This document shows, piece by piece, positions 23,553 through 35,765 of a stretch of DNA of 64,000 bases. Origin of the DNA: Octopus vulgaris (lineage: Eukaryota); the NCBI GenBank assembly GCA_951406725.2, contig OX597827.1:71176001-71240000 (forward strand). The letters are read 5' to 3'. The notes below the pieces were generated by a model, which saw only the letters and a program-made list of their open reading frames with translations, did no database searches and was not told the origin of the DNA. Position numbers and translations under genes: made by a program. Numbering within the stretch: position 1 is the stretch's first letter; each line of letters opens with the position of its first letter.

Positions 23553-25310
23553 CTAAAAAGCCTTACCTTCTTTCAGAGTTTCCAATGTGTCCGGTGACAA
23601 TACGGTCCAGTTGATGAGATTACTATCACGATGAGTTTTCAAATGTCTTTTTAAGCTGCAGTTCCTTGCGAAACCACGAGTACAAATCGTACAAACAAAC
23701 GGTTTTTCCCCAGTGTGGGTCCTCACGTGCCGCTTCAAGTCGGAGTTTTTTGAAAATGTCTTGTTACACAACTGACAATAAAACGACTTCCCTTTCGCAA
23801 ACACTTTCATCACATTTTTGAGAATATTTTCTTCCTTCTCCTTCTCGCTGGCAGCTGTATGACACTTCAGGTGGCATTTTAAGCTGTCGTTATCTTCAAA
23901 GTACATATCGCAAAGGTCACACCTGCAAAGCTGTGTTTCTTTATGTATTTTGCTGTGCCGCTTCAAACCGTACTTACGTGCAAAGCTTCGACCACATATG
24001 TCACACTGGAAAGGTTTCTCACCTGTGTGGATTCTAAGGTGTCTTTTCAAGTCAGAGCGTATCGAGAAATCTTTTTTGCATATATCACAGTGGTAAAGGA
24101 CCACTTCAGTTATCGCCGGACTGTCATCTTGGTAAACTACATTATCTGATATTGTGTCTGCAATTTCATCTAAATCTATCACTTTATCCTCCAAGTTTAT
24201 CACTTTGTCCGTAACGTGAATTTTGGCGTGGCGCTTCAGGTGCCAATTTCTGGTAAAACTGGAACCGCACACACTACAGGTAAACGGCTTTTCCCCTGTA
24301 TGCGTCCGCACATGTCTTTGCAAATTTGAACACTTTGAAAAAGCTCGGCCACAGATCTCACACTGATAGGAGTTCCCATTACTCGGGGCTTTCACAGGTT
24401 TTTTATTGTAAAATTCACCAGGAAAACTCTGCTTCGCACTGATTAGATCCTGTGTTGCGTTTTCCGTATGTGTCTTAACATGTCGCTTTAGGCTGCAGTT
24501 CCTGGCAAAACTCATGCTGCACATGTTGCAATGAAATGGCTTCTCCCCGGTATGTGTGCGGATGTGCCTGCGCAAGTCGGAACCTTTGGAGAATTCCCTA
24601 CCACAGAATATGCACGGGAATTGAGTGATGCCAATGTGCATCCTTGAGTGTCTCTTCAAGTCTGATTTATCGAGGAAACACTCCCAGCAAACCACGCACT
24701 GATGCAGTTTACCCGCATCCGGGCTCTGCGATTGTTTATCAGCAATAAGTTCAGGAGAATCTATTCTTCCGTCATCATACCAAACTTGTATATAACCAGG
24801 TGGTTCCTCCGCCGGTTGATCTTCAATAATAATCACATCCTTATCACTGTCCTCAGCTACCTCCTCTTCCTCTTCCTCCTCCTCCTCCTCGTCCTCCTCC
24901 TCCTCTTCTTCCTCCTCTGCTAGCTGTTCTTTCTCTTCTTGTTCTTTCAACTCTAATTCATCGTCCAGATCTATGTCCCTAATGTCCACTGTATACACTC
25001 GTTCACCCGTGAAGGAGTTCTCGACACGCAGGAAATGGTTGGCATAGTCTGAGGTTTTCTCCGCGTCTTTAACGGAAACCGAATCCTCGGTGTATTTCTC
25101 AATGTAATTATTGGCAATTAACATGTTGATCTCCTCGTGGGTCTTCACATGCCGCTTGAGGCTGGAGTTCCGGGTAAAACTCTTTCCACACTCTTCACAA
25201 AAGAACGGCTTCTCCCCGGTGTGAGTCCGGACATGCCTTCGTAGATCGGACCCCTTCGAGAAAAACTTGCTACAAAACTCACAGGGAAATTGCTTCTTCT
25301 CGGAATGCAT
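23553..25310 (-). CDS. C2H2 zinc-finger protein, 585 aa, 12 fingers with an acidic (poly-Glu) region; single coding exon
   Basis: Long ORF with 12 C-x2-C-x12-H-x3-H motifs and TGEKP linkers. The track start at 25328 is TTG directly after an in-frame TAG, so the first usable ATG is 25310 (MHSEKK). Candidate acceptors give exon starts at 25484 and 25464. Confidence 0.93.
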   Translation of the reverse strand: MHSEKKQFPCEFCSKFFSKGSDLRRHVRTHTGEKPFFCEECGKSFTRNSSLKRHVKTHEEINMLIANNYIEKYTEDSVSVKDAEKTSDYANHFLRVENSFTGERVYTVDIRDIDLDDELELKEQEEKEQLAEEEEEEEEDEEEEEEEEEEVAEDSDKDVIIIEDQPAEEPPGYIQVWYDDGRIDSPELIADKQSQSPDAGKLHQCVVCWECFLDKSDLKRHSRMHIGITQFPCIFCGREFSKGSDLRRHIRTHTGEKPFHCNMCSMSFARNCSLKRHVKTHTENATQDLISAKQSFPGEFYNKKPVKAPSNGNSYQCEICGRAFSKCSNLQRHVRTHTGEKPFTCSVCGSSFTRNWHLKRHAKIHVTDKVINLEDKVIDLDEIADTISDNVVYQDDSPAITEVVLYHCDICKKDFSIRSDLKRHLRIHTGEKPFQCDICGRSFARKYGLKRHSKIHKETQLCRCDLCDMYFEDNDSLKCHLKCHTAASEKEKEENILKNVMKVFAKGKSFYCQLCNKTFSKNSDLKRHVRTHTGEKPFVCTICTRGFARNCSLKRHLKTHRDSNLINWTVLSPDTLETLKEGKAF

Positions 25311-25761
25311 TTTAAAATCGTTCTCCAACTAGTCACTGCAGACAAATCTTCCATTACACATCACACTAGAAACTACAGAGGATTAATATGGTCCTAGAAC
25401 TGATGTAAAAGTTCTTTAACTACATTTTGAAGAATTTGGACCCATTTTCAGACATACTCTGGATCTAAAAGTAAAAACAAAAACCTGCAAAGAGAAAAAT
25501 AATTATATTTAATAATAATAATAATCCTTTCTACTATAGGCACAAGGCCTGAAATTTGGGGGCAGGGGGCTAATCAATTACAGCAATGCCAGTGTTTCAC
25601 TGGTACTTAATTTATTGACACCCCGGAATGATGAAAAGCAAAGTCGACCTCGACGGAATTTGAACTCAGAACTTAGTGACAGGCAAAATGCTGCTAAGCA
25701 TTTCGTCCAGCACACTAACGATTCGGCCAGCTTGCTGCCTTAATAATAATAATAATAATAA

Positions 25762-26320
25762 TGCCCTGATGCAGTACCAGGCAGTGGCTCTCATGGCTTC
25801 TGATCTTAACTGATTGGAAGTGTTATCATGTACATTGTTTTGTCTTGGTATAAAAGATGGGCTACAGCAAATATTCTGCTCAATGCCACAGATTTGCTTG
25901 TCAGTTGTTTGACCTTAACCAGTTGAGCATGTCCCTTAGTGGCAGACGATATGTGCATCTCTGATCATGAGCAGAAGTAGTAGGGTAGCATCACAGCCAT
26001 GTGTTGAGAGGGATTCTTTGGGGTTTGAATAATTCACCTCTGGAAACATGGGTGGTTCTTTCAACATCCTTAAACAACCCTTATTCAGGGACCTTTTGAG
26101 CGGGATGGGCTACTCAACCTGAAGAAAATTCTAACTGGGCCCCACCTGCAAGGTCATGTGCTGTTTATCTTGATATGAGATGATAATGTCGCGCACATAT
26201 GGTTGTGATGCATGTGCCTGGTGTGCCCTTATCAGACGGGTAGTCATGATGGGTATACTGGGCTTCGTATATTTTACCCCAGTGTCACTTTGATGGCATG
26301 CACTGCTCTCTCACTCAATA
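25762..26320 (-). mobile_element. Retroelement 3' fragment inserted in a (TAA)n microsatellite (possibly R4/Dong-like)
   Basis: Flanked on both sides by (TAA)n. No ORF. The clade is inferred only from the target type. Confidence 0.4.
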
Positions 26321-26674
26321 ATAATAATAATAATAATACCTAGAAGAGTTTGCACTCCCCCAACAGCAAAGAGAACACACAATACTGCACATACCCCAGT
26401 AACACGAAGGAAGTGTAGCAGGTGATGCAGTAGAAATCTGCCTGAAATTATCAAATGTTGAATAATAATAACATTCAACAAATTTTGCATGACAACTATG
26501 GCACTCTTCTATTTATTTCTCTATAACTTCTGGAGGAGTTACCTCAGTCCTACATAGTCTTAACAAAAACATGAAGTAGACTGACATGTAATTTTTTAAC
26601 CTGTGGAAGGCACGCTAGATGCCGAAATATCGTTCAACCAATTTCCCATGATATGGTACTCTTCTATTTATTTC

Positions 26675-26707
<33 letters not shown>

Positions 26708-26710
26708 TAT

Positions 26711-26919
26711 TTGTTGTGCAAGATTTTTTATGTGAAGTCGTGTGTTGAAACAGATATTGTTATATTTCGGAATGGTCATTTTGCCAGTTTAGCCAATAAA
26801 AACACACGCACTATATATTTGGTGTTACTTGGCTTCAGTGTTATTCATTTTTTACATTAATCTTAATCTTATTTTTATTGGCTAAACTGGCAAAATGACC
26901 ATTCCGAAATATAACAATA
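26711..26919. mobile_element. Short PLE 3'-end insert with inverted repeat, in a (TAA)n tract
   Basis: Homologous to 56750-56845 (ttggctaaactggcaa..gacc..aaatacaacaatatctgtttcaacacacg). Arms 26755-26802 and 26872-26919. Confidence 0.7.
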
Positions 26920-28129
26920 ATAATAATAATAATGATTTCAAATTCAGGCACAAGGCCAGCAATTTCAAGGGAGTAGGTAAGTTAAATTACATTGGCCCCA
27001 ATTTTCAACTGGTATTTATTTTACTGACCCCAAAAGGATGAAAGGCAAAGTTGACCTCAGTGGAATTTGAACTCAGAACGTAAAGACGGATGAAATGCTG
27101 CTAAACATTTTGTCCAGCATGCTAACGATTCTGCCAGCTTGCCACCTTAATAATAATAATCATTTCTACTATAGACAGAAGGTCTGAAATTTGGGGGAGA
27201 TAGTCAAATACAGCAACTCCAGTCAACGGCAAGTGTCTTGTACTATGGCCTCGGGTCGACCAAAGCCTTGTGAGTGGATCTGGTAGATGGAAACTGAAAG
27301 AAGCCTAACGTATATATGTATATGTGTGTGTGTGTGTGTTTGTCCCCACAACATCGCTTGACAACTGATGCTGGTGTGTTTACATCCCCATAAATTAGCA
27401 GTTCGGCAAAAAAGACCAATAGAATAAGTACTAGGCTTACAAAGAATAAGTCCTGGAGTCGATTTGCTCAACTAAAGGCGGTTCTCCAGCATGGCCACAG
27501 TTAAATGACTGAAACAAGTAAAAGGGTATCAAGCACCCTTTTTTTGTCAAAAATGAGATTTTAAAAATATGAGAGTTTCTTATACATGGATAGTATTATA
27601 ATCCCTTACAAAACTTTTTTTCCAAATTTTAAGCCCAAAAAGTTGGGATGTTTCTTATACATAAGGGTTCTTTATACACATTAGAATACGGTATATTTTC
27701 CACCAAATCAACAGGTCCAGACCTTATTGTGATGTGGTGGCTTGCATGCCTCAATGACACTGAGAGCTAGGTCAGTAGAGCACAAGCTCCTGATAGGGTC
27801 TCTCATGCTAGAAAAGAATATGGACCGCCCAATCCCAAAGGGAAAAATGGGTTTGTGCAGGGCCAACACCTTTAACTAGAAAAAAGAAAAGCAAAGTTTT
27901 AGATCACATCTCAAAATAGCTTAAAGGATAGCTGTCTTAACAATCACTTTATTGGTGATCTTCAGAGATGAAACTAAAGCTTATCACTCACAAAATCACC
28001 ATTTACTATCTGGATTTTTTCTGATTGCTGAAGCAACTCCAAACTCAAGACACCACAGCCAAAAGTTTAAGCCCAGTTTTGCACAATGTGTAATGGATTC
28101 TCACTGTCTATCAGCTACCTTCACACCGC

Positions 28130-28262
28130 TTCTTCTACTACTACTAATACTACTACCACCACCACCACTACTACTAATACTACTACTACCCCCACCACTA
28201 CTACTACCACCATCACTACTACTAATACTACTACTACCACCACCACCACTACTACTACTAAT
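28130..28262. repeat. (CTA/CCA)n microsatellite
   Basis: Directly visible. Confidence 0.9.
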
Positions 28263-29486
28263 ATTAAAGAGTATGACATACTCTTTACTCTCTTTTACTC
28301 TTTCATTTGTTTCAGCCATTTGGCTGCGGCCATGCTGGAGCACCGCCTTTAGTCGAGCAAATCAACCCCAGGACATATTCTTTGAAAGCCTAGTACTTAC
28401 TCTATTGGCTTCTTTTGCCGAACCGCTAAGTTACAGGGACGTAAACACACCAGCATCGGTTGTCAAGCGATGTTAGGGGAGGGTGCAAACACAGATACAC
28501 AAAACACACACACACAAACACATATATATATGTACATATATACGACGGGCTTCTTTCAGTTTCCGTCTACCAAATCCACTCACAAGGCTTTGGTCGGCCT
28601 GAGGCTATAGTAGAAGGCACTTGCCCAAGGTGCCACGCAGTGGGACTGAACCCGGAACCATGTGGTTGGTAAGCAAGCTACTTACCACACAGCCACTCTT
28701 GCACCATAGGGTACTAAAAAAAAAATAGCAAATGCAGCCTACAAGTTACCAAGCCATTCTCACTTGCAAGAATTGTTTAAGCATATTTTCTTGTCCCTGA
28801 TTAAGTGAAAGGCAAAATCAACCCCTGTAGATTTTGAACCCAGAATCACTTTTTGTTTTATTATTTATTTACTTTGTTTTAGGGGCAGGAATGTCTGAGA
28901 GATTAAGAAACATGCTTTGCAACCATGTTGTTTCAAATTCAGATTCAGATCAGCATCTGTGTATGATTGTGTGTATACTTGTCTCCTTGGCACGGCATAA
29001 CTTGATAGTGGGTTTTAAATGATTGTCTTTGTCATACAAGCAGTGCCAATCGTGTCTAATGTTCTGCAAAAACATGCCTGGTCATGGAGAAACGTTACCT
29101 TGCTTGGAAACAGGTGACAGCAACAAGCAAGGGCAGCTGGTTATACAAAAATATCTGCCTCAGTAAACTTGACCTGACACATTCAAGCATAGAAAAGTGG
29201 ACATTTAAAACAATGAAGGTGATGATGATGATGATAATGATGGTGTGTGTGTGTGTGTAAAATAAATGAAAGTAAAAAGATAGTCATGCAACAAATGTTT
29301 CAATAGCATGCTACTTTATCTGCGCATGACATTACATAATATATGATGTTACATAATTTTCATTACTTTATATGCTAAAACACCAGCCATTTCATCAGGT
29401 GACATGAATCACTGGTAGAGGCAACACAGTTGATAACCATGGTCATTAAGATCCAAACCAACTGATATATTATGTTATGTATGTAT

Positions 29487-29538
<52 letters not shown>

Positions 29539-30378
29539 GGTTCAACCTATACCAGCATGGAACATGGAAATTAAATGGTGATATATACTCTTTACTCTTT
29601 TACTTGTTTCAGTCATTTGACTGCGGCCATGCTGGAGCACCGCCTTTAGTCGAACAAATCGACCCCGGGACTTATTCTTTATAAGCCCAGTACTTATTCT
29701 ATCGGTCTCTTTTTGCCAAACTGCTAAGTGACGGGGACGTAAACACACCAGCATCGGTTGTCAAGCAATGCTAGGGGGACAAACACAAACACACACATAC
29801 ATATATATATATACGACAGGCTTCCTTCAGTTTCCGTCTACCAAATCCACTCACAAGGCATTAGTCGGCCCGGGGCAATAGCAGAAGACACTTGCCCAAG
29901 GTGCCACGCAGTGGGACTGAACCCGGAACCATGAGGTTGGTTAGCAAGCTACTTACCACACAGCCACTCCTGCGCCTATATATATATATATATATTCTTT
30001 TAATTTTTTTACTTGTTTCAGTCATTTGACTGCAGCCATGCTGGAGCACCACCTTCAAGGGTTTCAATTGAAGGGCTTATTCTTTGTAAGCCTAATATTT
30101 ATTCTGTTGGTCTCTTTTGCCAAACCGCTTCGTCATGGGGACATAAAGACACCAACATCAGTTGTCAAGCAACGGTGGGGGGACAAACACAAAGATATAC
30201 ACAGATACATACATATAGGACAGGCTTCTTTCAGTTTCCGTCTACCACATCCACTCGCAAGGCTTTGGTCAGTCTGAGGCTATAGAAAATGACACTTGCC
30301 CAAGGTGACACACAGTGGGACTGATCCTGGAACCATGTGATTGGGAAGCAAGCTACTTACCACACAGCCATGCCTGTG

Positions 30379-30433
<55 letters not shown>

Positions 30434-30436
<3 letters not shown>

Positions 30437-30785
30437 ATCCGAATGTGGCCGTTGCCAGTGCCGCCCCGACTGGCCTCCATGCCGGTGGCACGTAAAAAGC
30501 ACCATCCGATTGTGGCCGTTGCCAACCTCGTCTGGCTCCCATGACGGTGGCACATAAAAAGCACCATCCAATCGTAGCCGTTTGCCAGCCTCGTCTGACA
30601 CCTGTGCAGGTGGCACGTAAAAAGCACCCACTACACTCACGGAGTGGTTGGCATTAGGAAAGGCATCCAGCTGTAGAAACACTACCAGATCATACTGGGC
30701 CTGGCGCAGCCTTCTGGCTTCCCAGACCCCAGTTGAACCGTCCAACCCATGCTAGCATGGAAAATGGACGTTAAACGATGATGAT
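30434..30785 (+). mobile_element. Short 3'-end copies of the RTE LINE at 56858; also about 590-737, 5320-5562, 6070-6402, 11956-12330(-), 20676-20913, 32540-32810, 40424-40610, 40904-41450(-), 50350-50846, 53583-53836, 62400-62780(-)
   Basis: Shared ggcacgtaaaaagcacc repeats, ggagtggttggcgttaggaagggcatccagc core and (GAT)n tail, matching 57540-57919. Confidence 0.85.
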
Positions 30786-31769
30786 ATACATATATATAAT
30801 TATCACTTTATCACCATTATTTAATGTCCATCTTCCATGATGGCATGGGTGGAAGGTTCAACAGGATCTGACAAGCCAGAGCATTATGCCAGCTCCAAGA
30901 TCTACTTTGGTTCCTACAGCTGAACTCCTCTCCAAACAGTATCACTCTGTATATATCTATTATATAAAATCTATTCTGTCTGTGTGTGTGTGTCTTCTAG
31001 GATCTCAGGCATCCTCCATCCGATTGCGCTCAAATTTGATATGTAGATACCAATGGTATCAGGGTGGCGAGCTGGCAGAAACGTTAGCACGCCGGGTGAA
31101 ATGCATAGCCGTATTTCGTCTGTCGTTACGTTGTGAGTTCAAATTTCGCTGAGGTCGACTTTGCCTTTCATCCTTTTAGGGTCGATAAATTAAGTACCAG
31201 TTATGCACTGGGGTCGATGTAATCGACTTAATACCTATGTCTGTCCTTGTTTGTCCGCTTTATGTTTAGTCCCTTGTGGGTAATAAAGAAATAAGTATCA
31301 GGGCATGTATAAGTCTTGAAAAAATTACAAAAATCAATTCCAGGTGAGAATGTGATCGATAAAGCCGTGGGAACGTGCAAGTACATCAGTCGAAATATGT
31401 CTTTTGCTGGTGTCTCAAATTTAGGTTAAATCAGTGTTTCTCAAAAGGGGAGGCCTATGGAACGGTTGGACAAGATGCTTTGAGAAAATTTGGTTTAAAT
31501 GTTTGACAACTCAGCACCGTCCACTGGACTCGTACATATATATAGGTACATGGCTGTGTAAGAACAAGCATGAAGCTTGTGGTTTTGGGTTCAGTCCCAC
31601 TGCATGGCACCTGCTCAAGTGTCTTCTATTCTAGCCCCCAGCTGACCAAAGCCTTGTGAGTGGATTTGGTTGGCAGAAACTGAAAGATTGTGGTATGTAT
31701 TATATATGAACTTGTGTGTGTGTGCTAGTGTCTTTTTTTTTCTTGACCTCTTACAATCATCAACATCAT

Positions 31770-32090
31770 CATTGTTCGACCGTGGTCGAAACAATGGAAT
31801 TTACCATGCTACGCCAGACTTCACGGTCCATCATGGCATTACGGAGGTCCTGTTGCTGGATGTCTGTATCCCTGGAGATTACATCAAGGTAGGAGAGTGT
31901 GCGCCCTCTGGTATTGCAAGTAGATGGCTTCCAGAGGAGAAGAGTAGAAATTACTTCTTTTTCAGCTCTACAACAATGTCCAGCAAACTGGACTCTCCTA
32001 CCTTTCACAAGAGATGACACAGGTGGTAGTTTCCCATACATTTGCATTTTGGTTGGATGGCGCTTCCACGAGAGATTTTGAGCTCTCATA
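31770..32090 (-). mobile_element. RTE-like LINE 3' fragment (second family)
   Basis: SWKRHPTK..RRVQFAGHCCR..LLLWKP..RGR..DREVWR is a typical RTE/RTE-X ORF2 C-terminus. Confidence 0.8.
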
Positions 32091-33065
32091 AGGACACAAA
32101 CATACATCTGTTTCCCATCTTTGAAAATATACCCAATTGCAGGAAAATTTCATCTTGCTTGGAAACAGAAGATGACACTTGGCAGAAGGAATGGCATCAG
32201 ACCATTTCTGTAGAATATCTGCCTCAGTGAATTTTGTCCAAACCCAAGCAAGCATGGAAAAGTGAACACGAAAGACAATGACAATGAGATGCATCATACA
32301 ACCTTGAGATACTTCACAAGTGGAGGCGCATGGCTTAGTGGTTAGGGTGTTGAACACATGATCGTAAGGTTGTGGTTTCGATTCCTGAACCAGGCGACGT
32401 TTGTGTTCTTGAGCAAAACACTTCATTTCACAATGCTCCTGTACACTCAGCTGGCAAAAATGAGTAATCCCGCAATGGACCGGCGTCCCATCCAGGTGGT
32501 TTTTAGTCCCTTGTGGGTAGTAAAGAAATAGATACTTCTTGCCAGCCTCGCCTGGCCCCCGTGCCGGTGGCACGTAAAAAGCACCATCCGACCGTGGCCG
32601 TTTGCCAGCCCCGTCTGGCACCTGTGCCGGTGGCACGTAAAAAGCACCCACTACACTCACAGAGTGGTTGGTGTTAGGAAGGGCATCCAGCCGTAGAAAC
32701 ATTGCCAGATCAGACTGGAGCCTGGTGCAGCCTTCTGGCTTCCCAGACCCCAGTTGAACCGTCCAACGCATGCTAGCATAGAAAGCGGACGCTAAATGAT
32801 GATGATGATGACGAGCGATGGGAGGCAAGCGGCTAAACTGGATGCTGAAATCGCAGATGCTGGCACAGTAATGTGCCAACTCCAACAGTCAATCCTCAGA
32901 AGAAGAGGGGTGGGTAAAAAAGCCAAACTTACTATCTTCAATTTGGTTTTGGGCCTATCCTTACCTATGGTAATGAATATTGGTAATGACCAAAAGAGAA
33001 CCATCATGAATACAAGTGACCAAAATGGGGTCCTGCCAAAAGGTTTTTAGAGCAACATTACCCTA

Positions 33066-34034
33066 CAGCAATGGTTCACAACAGGGGTTCATATGACCTT
33101 TAGTGGACCATAAGATATTGTAGCTAAAATTTATGTGCAGCAAACTGGTTATATTTCTACAATACAGAAAATAGTTTAACGATTTGTTTTATACAATTCC
33201 TAATAATATTGGGTTGTCCAGAAAGTTTGTGCCGATTTATAGTAGCCTACCTTTTGACTTATTTTAGAACATGGTTGAGTACATAAAATAGGATTTGACT
33301 ACACCTCCATTTAGAGCACAGTTTAAGCTATCTTTTCGGGGAAGAAGGTTTATGTTCCTATAACATGTGTTAATTCTGTAACCCTTTAAAATGGAAGATA
33401 AAGTTTATTTTCGGCACTTGTTGCTTTGGGAACCAGACAAAAATTGCTGCAGCTCGGCTGGGATGTGCTACCCCACCCTCCATATTCACCAGATATTGCT
33501 CCTTTGGATTTCCACTTATTCAGGTCTCTGCAGAATAGTCTTAATGGTAAAAATTTCAATTCCTTGGATGACGTAAAAAGATACCTTGATGAATTCATTG
33601 CCATGAAACCACTTCAATTCTGGGAAGAGGGTATTTCCGAGGTCGACTTTGCCTTTCATCCTTTCGGGGTCGATTAAATAAGTACCAGTTATGCACTTGG
33701 GTCGATGTAATCGACTTAATCCGTTTGTCTGTCCCCTCTGTGTTTAGCCCCTTGTGAGTAGTAAAGAAATAGGTATTTCAAGTTAAAGGAAAGATGGAGA
33801 CGCATTGTGCAACAAAATGGTTCATATTCAGTTGATTAAAAATGTAATCACACGTATTTATTGACCTTTTTCTTTCCTTTAAAAATCGGCACTAACTTTC
33901 TGGACAACCCAATATTTAATTATAAAAATATAATTGGATATTCTTTTAATCATCGAATGGCTATGAGAGTCCACTTAAATAAAACAGGGATCAAAGAGAG
34001 TCCCATAGGTAAAAAATGGTTGACAACTGTTGCT
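33066..34034. mobile_element. hAT-like MITE (split by a mariner insertion)
   Basis: Homologous to the uninterrupted copy at about 17815-18043 (shared caattcctaataatatttaattataaaaa). The ends are degenerate. Confidence 0.55.
33209..33912 (+). mobile_element. Internally deleted mariner transposon
   Basis: TIRs ttgggttgtccagaaagtt..gccgattt / aaatcggc..aactttctggacaacccaa with a TA TSD. Transposase N-terminus MEDKVYFRHLLLWE is fused to the C-terminus WDVLPHPPYSPDIAPLDFHLFRSLQ. Confidence 0.92.
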
Positions 34035-34492
34035 TTACAAGATATGTAGCTCAGGGGTCAAGGAGTCTCTCCCAGTTGAGCCACTATTTCTCCACATTGA
34101 AAGGTAGTTAGAATGCCACAGGAAAGAATCAAAAGACAGGTTCTTGTAAGCCAAGCTAACTGGCAGGGGACCCAGGGGTAGACCAAGAATGAGAGAGGGG
34201 TGGATAATATCTGTAGTCTCACTTGGTTGCACTCAGGAACCCAGTTGGAAGAATTTAATGACAGTTGCTTCTGATTGGATCCTATGGAGGAGGTGCCTGA
34301 GGTCCCTGTCCCAAAAACTCTTCCAGGAATAGCAGGTGGAGAAGATTGACGGATACATATCATACATACACCTATATATATGTGTGTGTGTGTGTGTGTG
34401 TATGTATTTGTTGAAGCACATCTACAGGTATATACCTACGTCCAAGGAAGGTATGTAAAAATGTGGATATGTGTGTGTGTAAAAAATGTATT

Positions 34493-34549
<57 letters not shown>

Positions 34550-35021
34550 TGTGTGTATGTGCGTGCGCATGTGTATATGTGTGTTCCAAGCTATTTGAAA
34601 TTCATCGTAAGTATAACATTTCACCATCCCTACCTAGTAACTATAGCACCTTTGCTGAAAATAAATAACAGCAGAAAAAAATATATACACACACACACAC
34701 TATATATATATATATATATAGCACTTGGCCATATTATTTCATCTGGCATCGTATAGAGAGAATACGAGGCAAATACGTCGGACGGAGGGGAGGTACTATA
34801 AGCGGCAGTTATGTCACACAGTGTAATGTGTTGCTTATCTGAAGACGTTATGAGATAATTTCCAAAGAGAGCTCGATTGCAAATTCTTGCAGATCGAGCG
34901 ACCACAGCTCCCCGTTGGCTCTCTTCACCAATTTACACGTAGTACATAATGGCAACAGTAATACAGCCCATTTAGCCCCGCACACACACACACACACACA
35001 CATACACACTACACACATAGC

Positions 35022-35765
35022 CCAATGAAGGAGCCTCTACGTAGTTAATCGACCGGATAGAAATAGCAAATAAATCTAATTCTCCCTCATATCGCATCTT
35101 ACTGTCTAAAAAAAAAAAAATAGAGAGAGAAATGATATATTGTGTTGTGTGCTACCTTGCATGTCGTTAGGAAAAATAATGAAGACGAGATGGTCAGGAC
35201 ACACAGACAAACACACACACACACACACACACAGGGCAATGAGGACGCTTCTATGTGGTTGCTTGACCTGCTAAAAACAGCAGCTAAATCTCCCTTACGA
35301 ACTAAAAAAAAAATAGAGAGAAGGAAGTACACGGTGGATTGTGATATATTGCATGTGGTTTGGAAAATAATAAAGACGAGATGGTTACGACACACGGACA
35401 CACACAAGGCAATGAGGAAGCCTTCATGAACTGCTAGAAATAGCAACCAACTGTTGTTCCTCATATCGCATCCTAGGTTTAAAAAAAAAATAATAAAGTA
35501 AGTAGGTAGGTAAGACATATTGGATTGTGGTATCCTGGATGTCGCTTGGAACAAGACGAGATGGCCACGATACACACACACACACACATACATAAGGCAA
35601 TGAGGGAGCCTCTACGCTGTTAACCGACCTGCTAAGCATAGCAACCAAAATCTGCCTCACATCGCATCCTGTGTCGAAAATAAATAGCAAAAAGAACGAC
35701 ATGTTGAATAACGATAACTTAGATGTCGCTTGTAGACTAAAAAGACGGGATGGCCATGAGAGGAA
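35022..35765. repeat. Four diverged tandem units of about 175-215 bp separated by (CA)n
   Basis: Each unit starts caatga..gagcctctac and ends gacgagatggtca/cca. Dispersed relatives at about 21610 and 39400. Confidence 0.7.

Larger units (their letters stand above)
32808..34350 (+). mobile_element. Degraded Expander/Rex3-like RTE LINE fragment interrupted by nested DNA elements
   Basis: TSDGRQAAKLDAEIADAGTVM..KKAKLTIF..(PILTYGNEYW)..KMG..QKVFRATL | KICSSGVKESLPVEPLFLHIER..PRGRPR. The reading joins across 33066-34034. Confidence 0.7.

Noticed and set aside
31998-32885. 295-aa ORF
   Set aside because: A chance read-through across antisense RTE tail and SINE fragments. The same pseudo-peptides (LDALPNANHS..VVGAFYVPPA) recur at every repeat copy.
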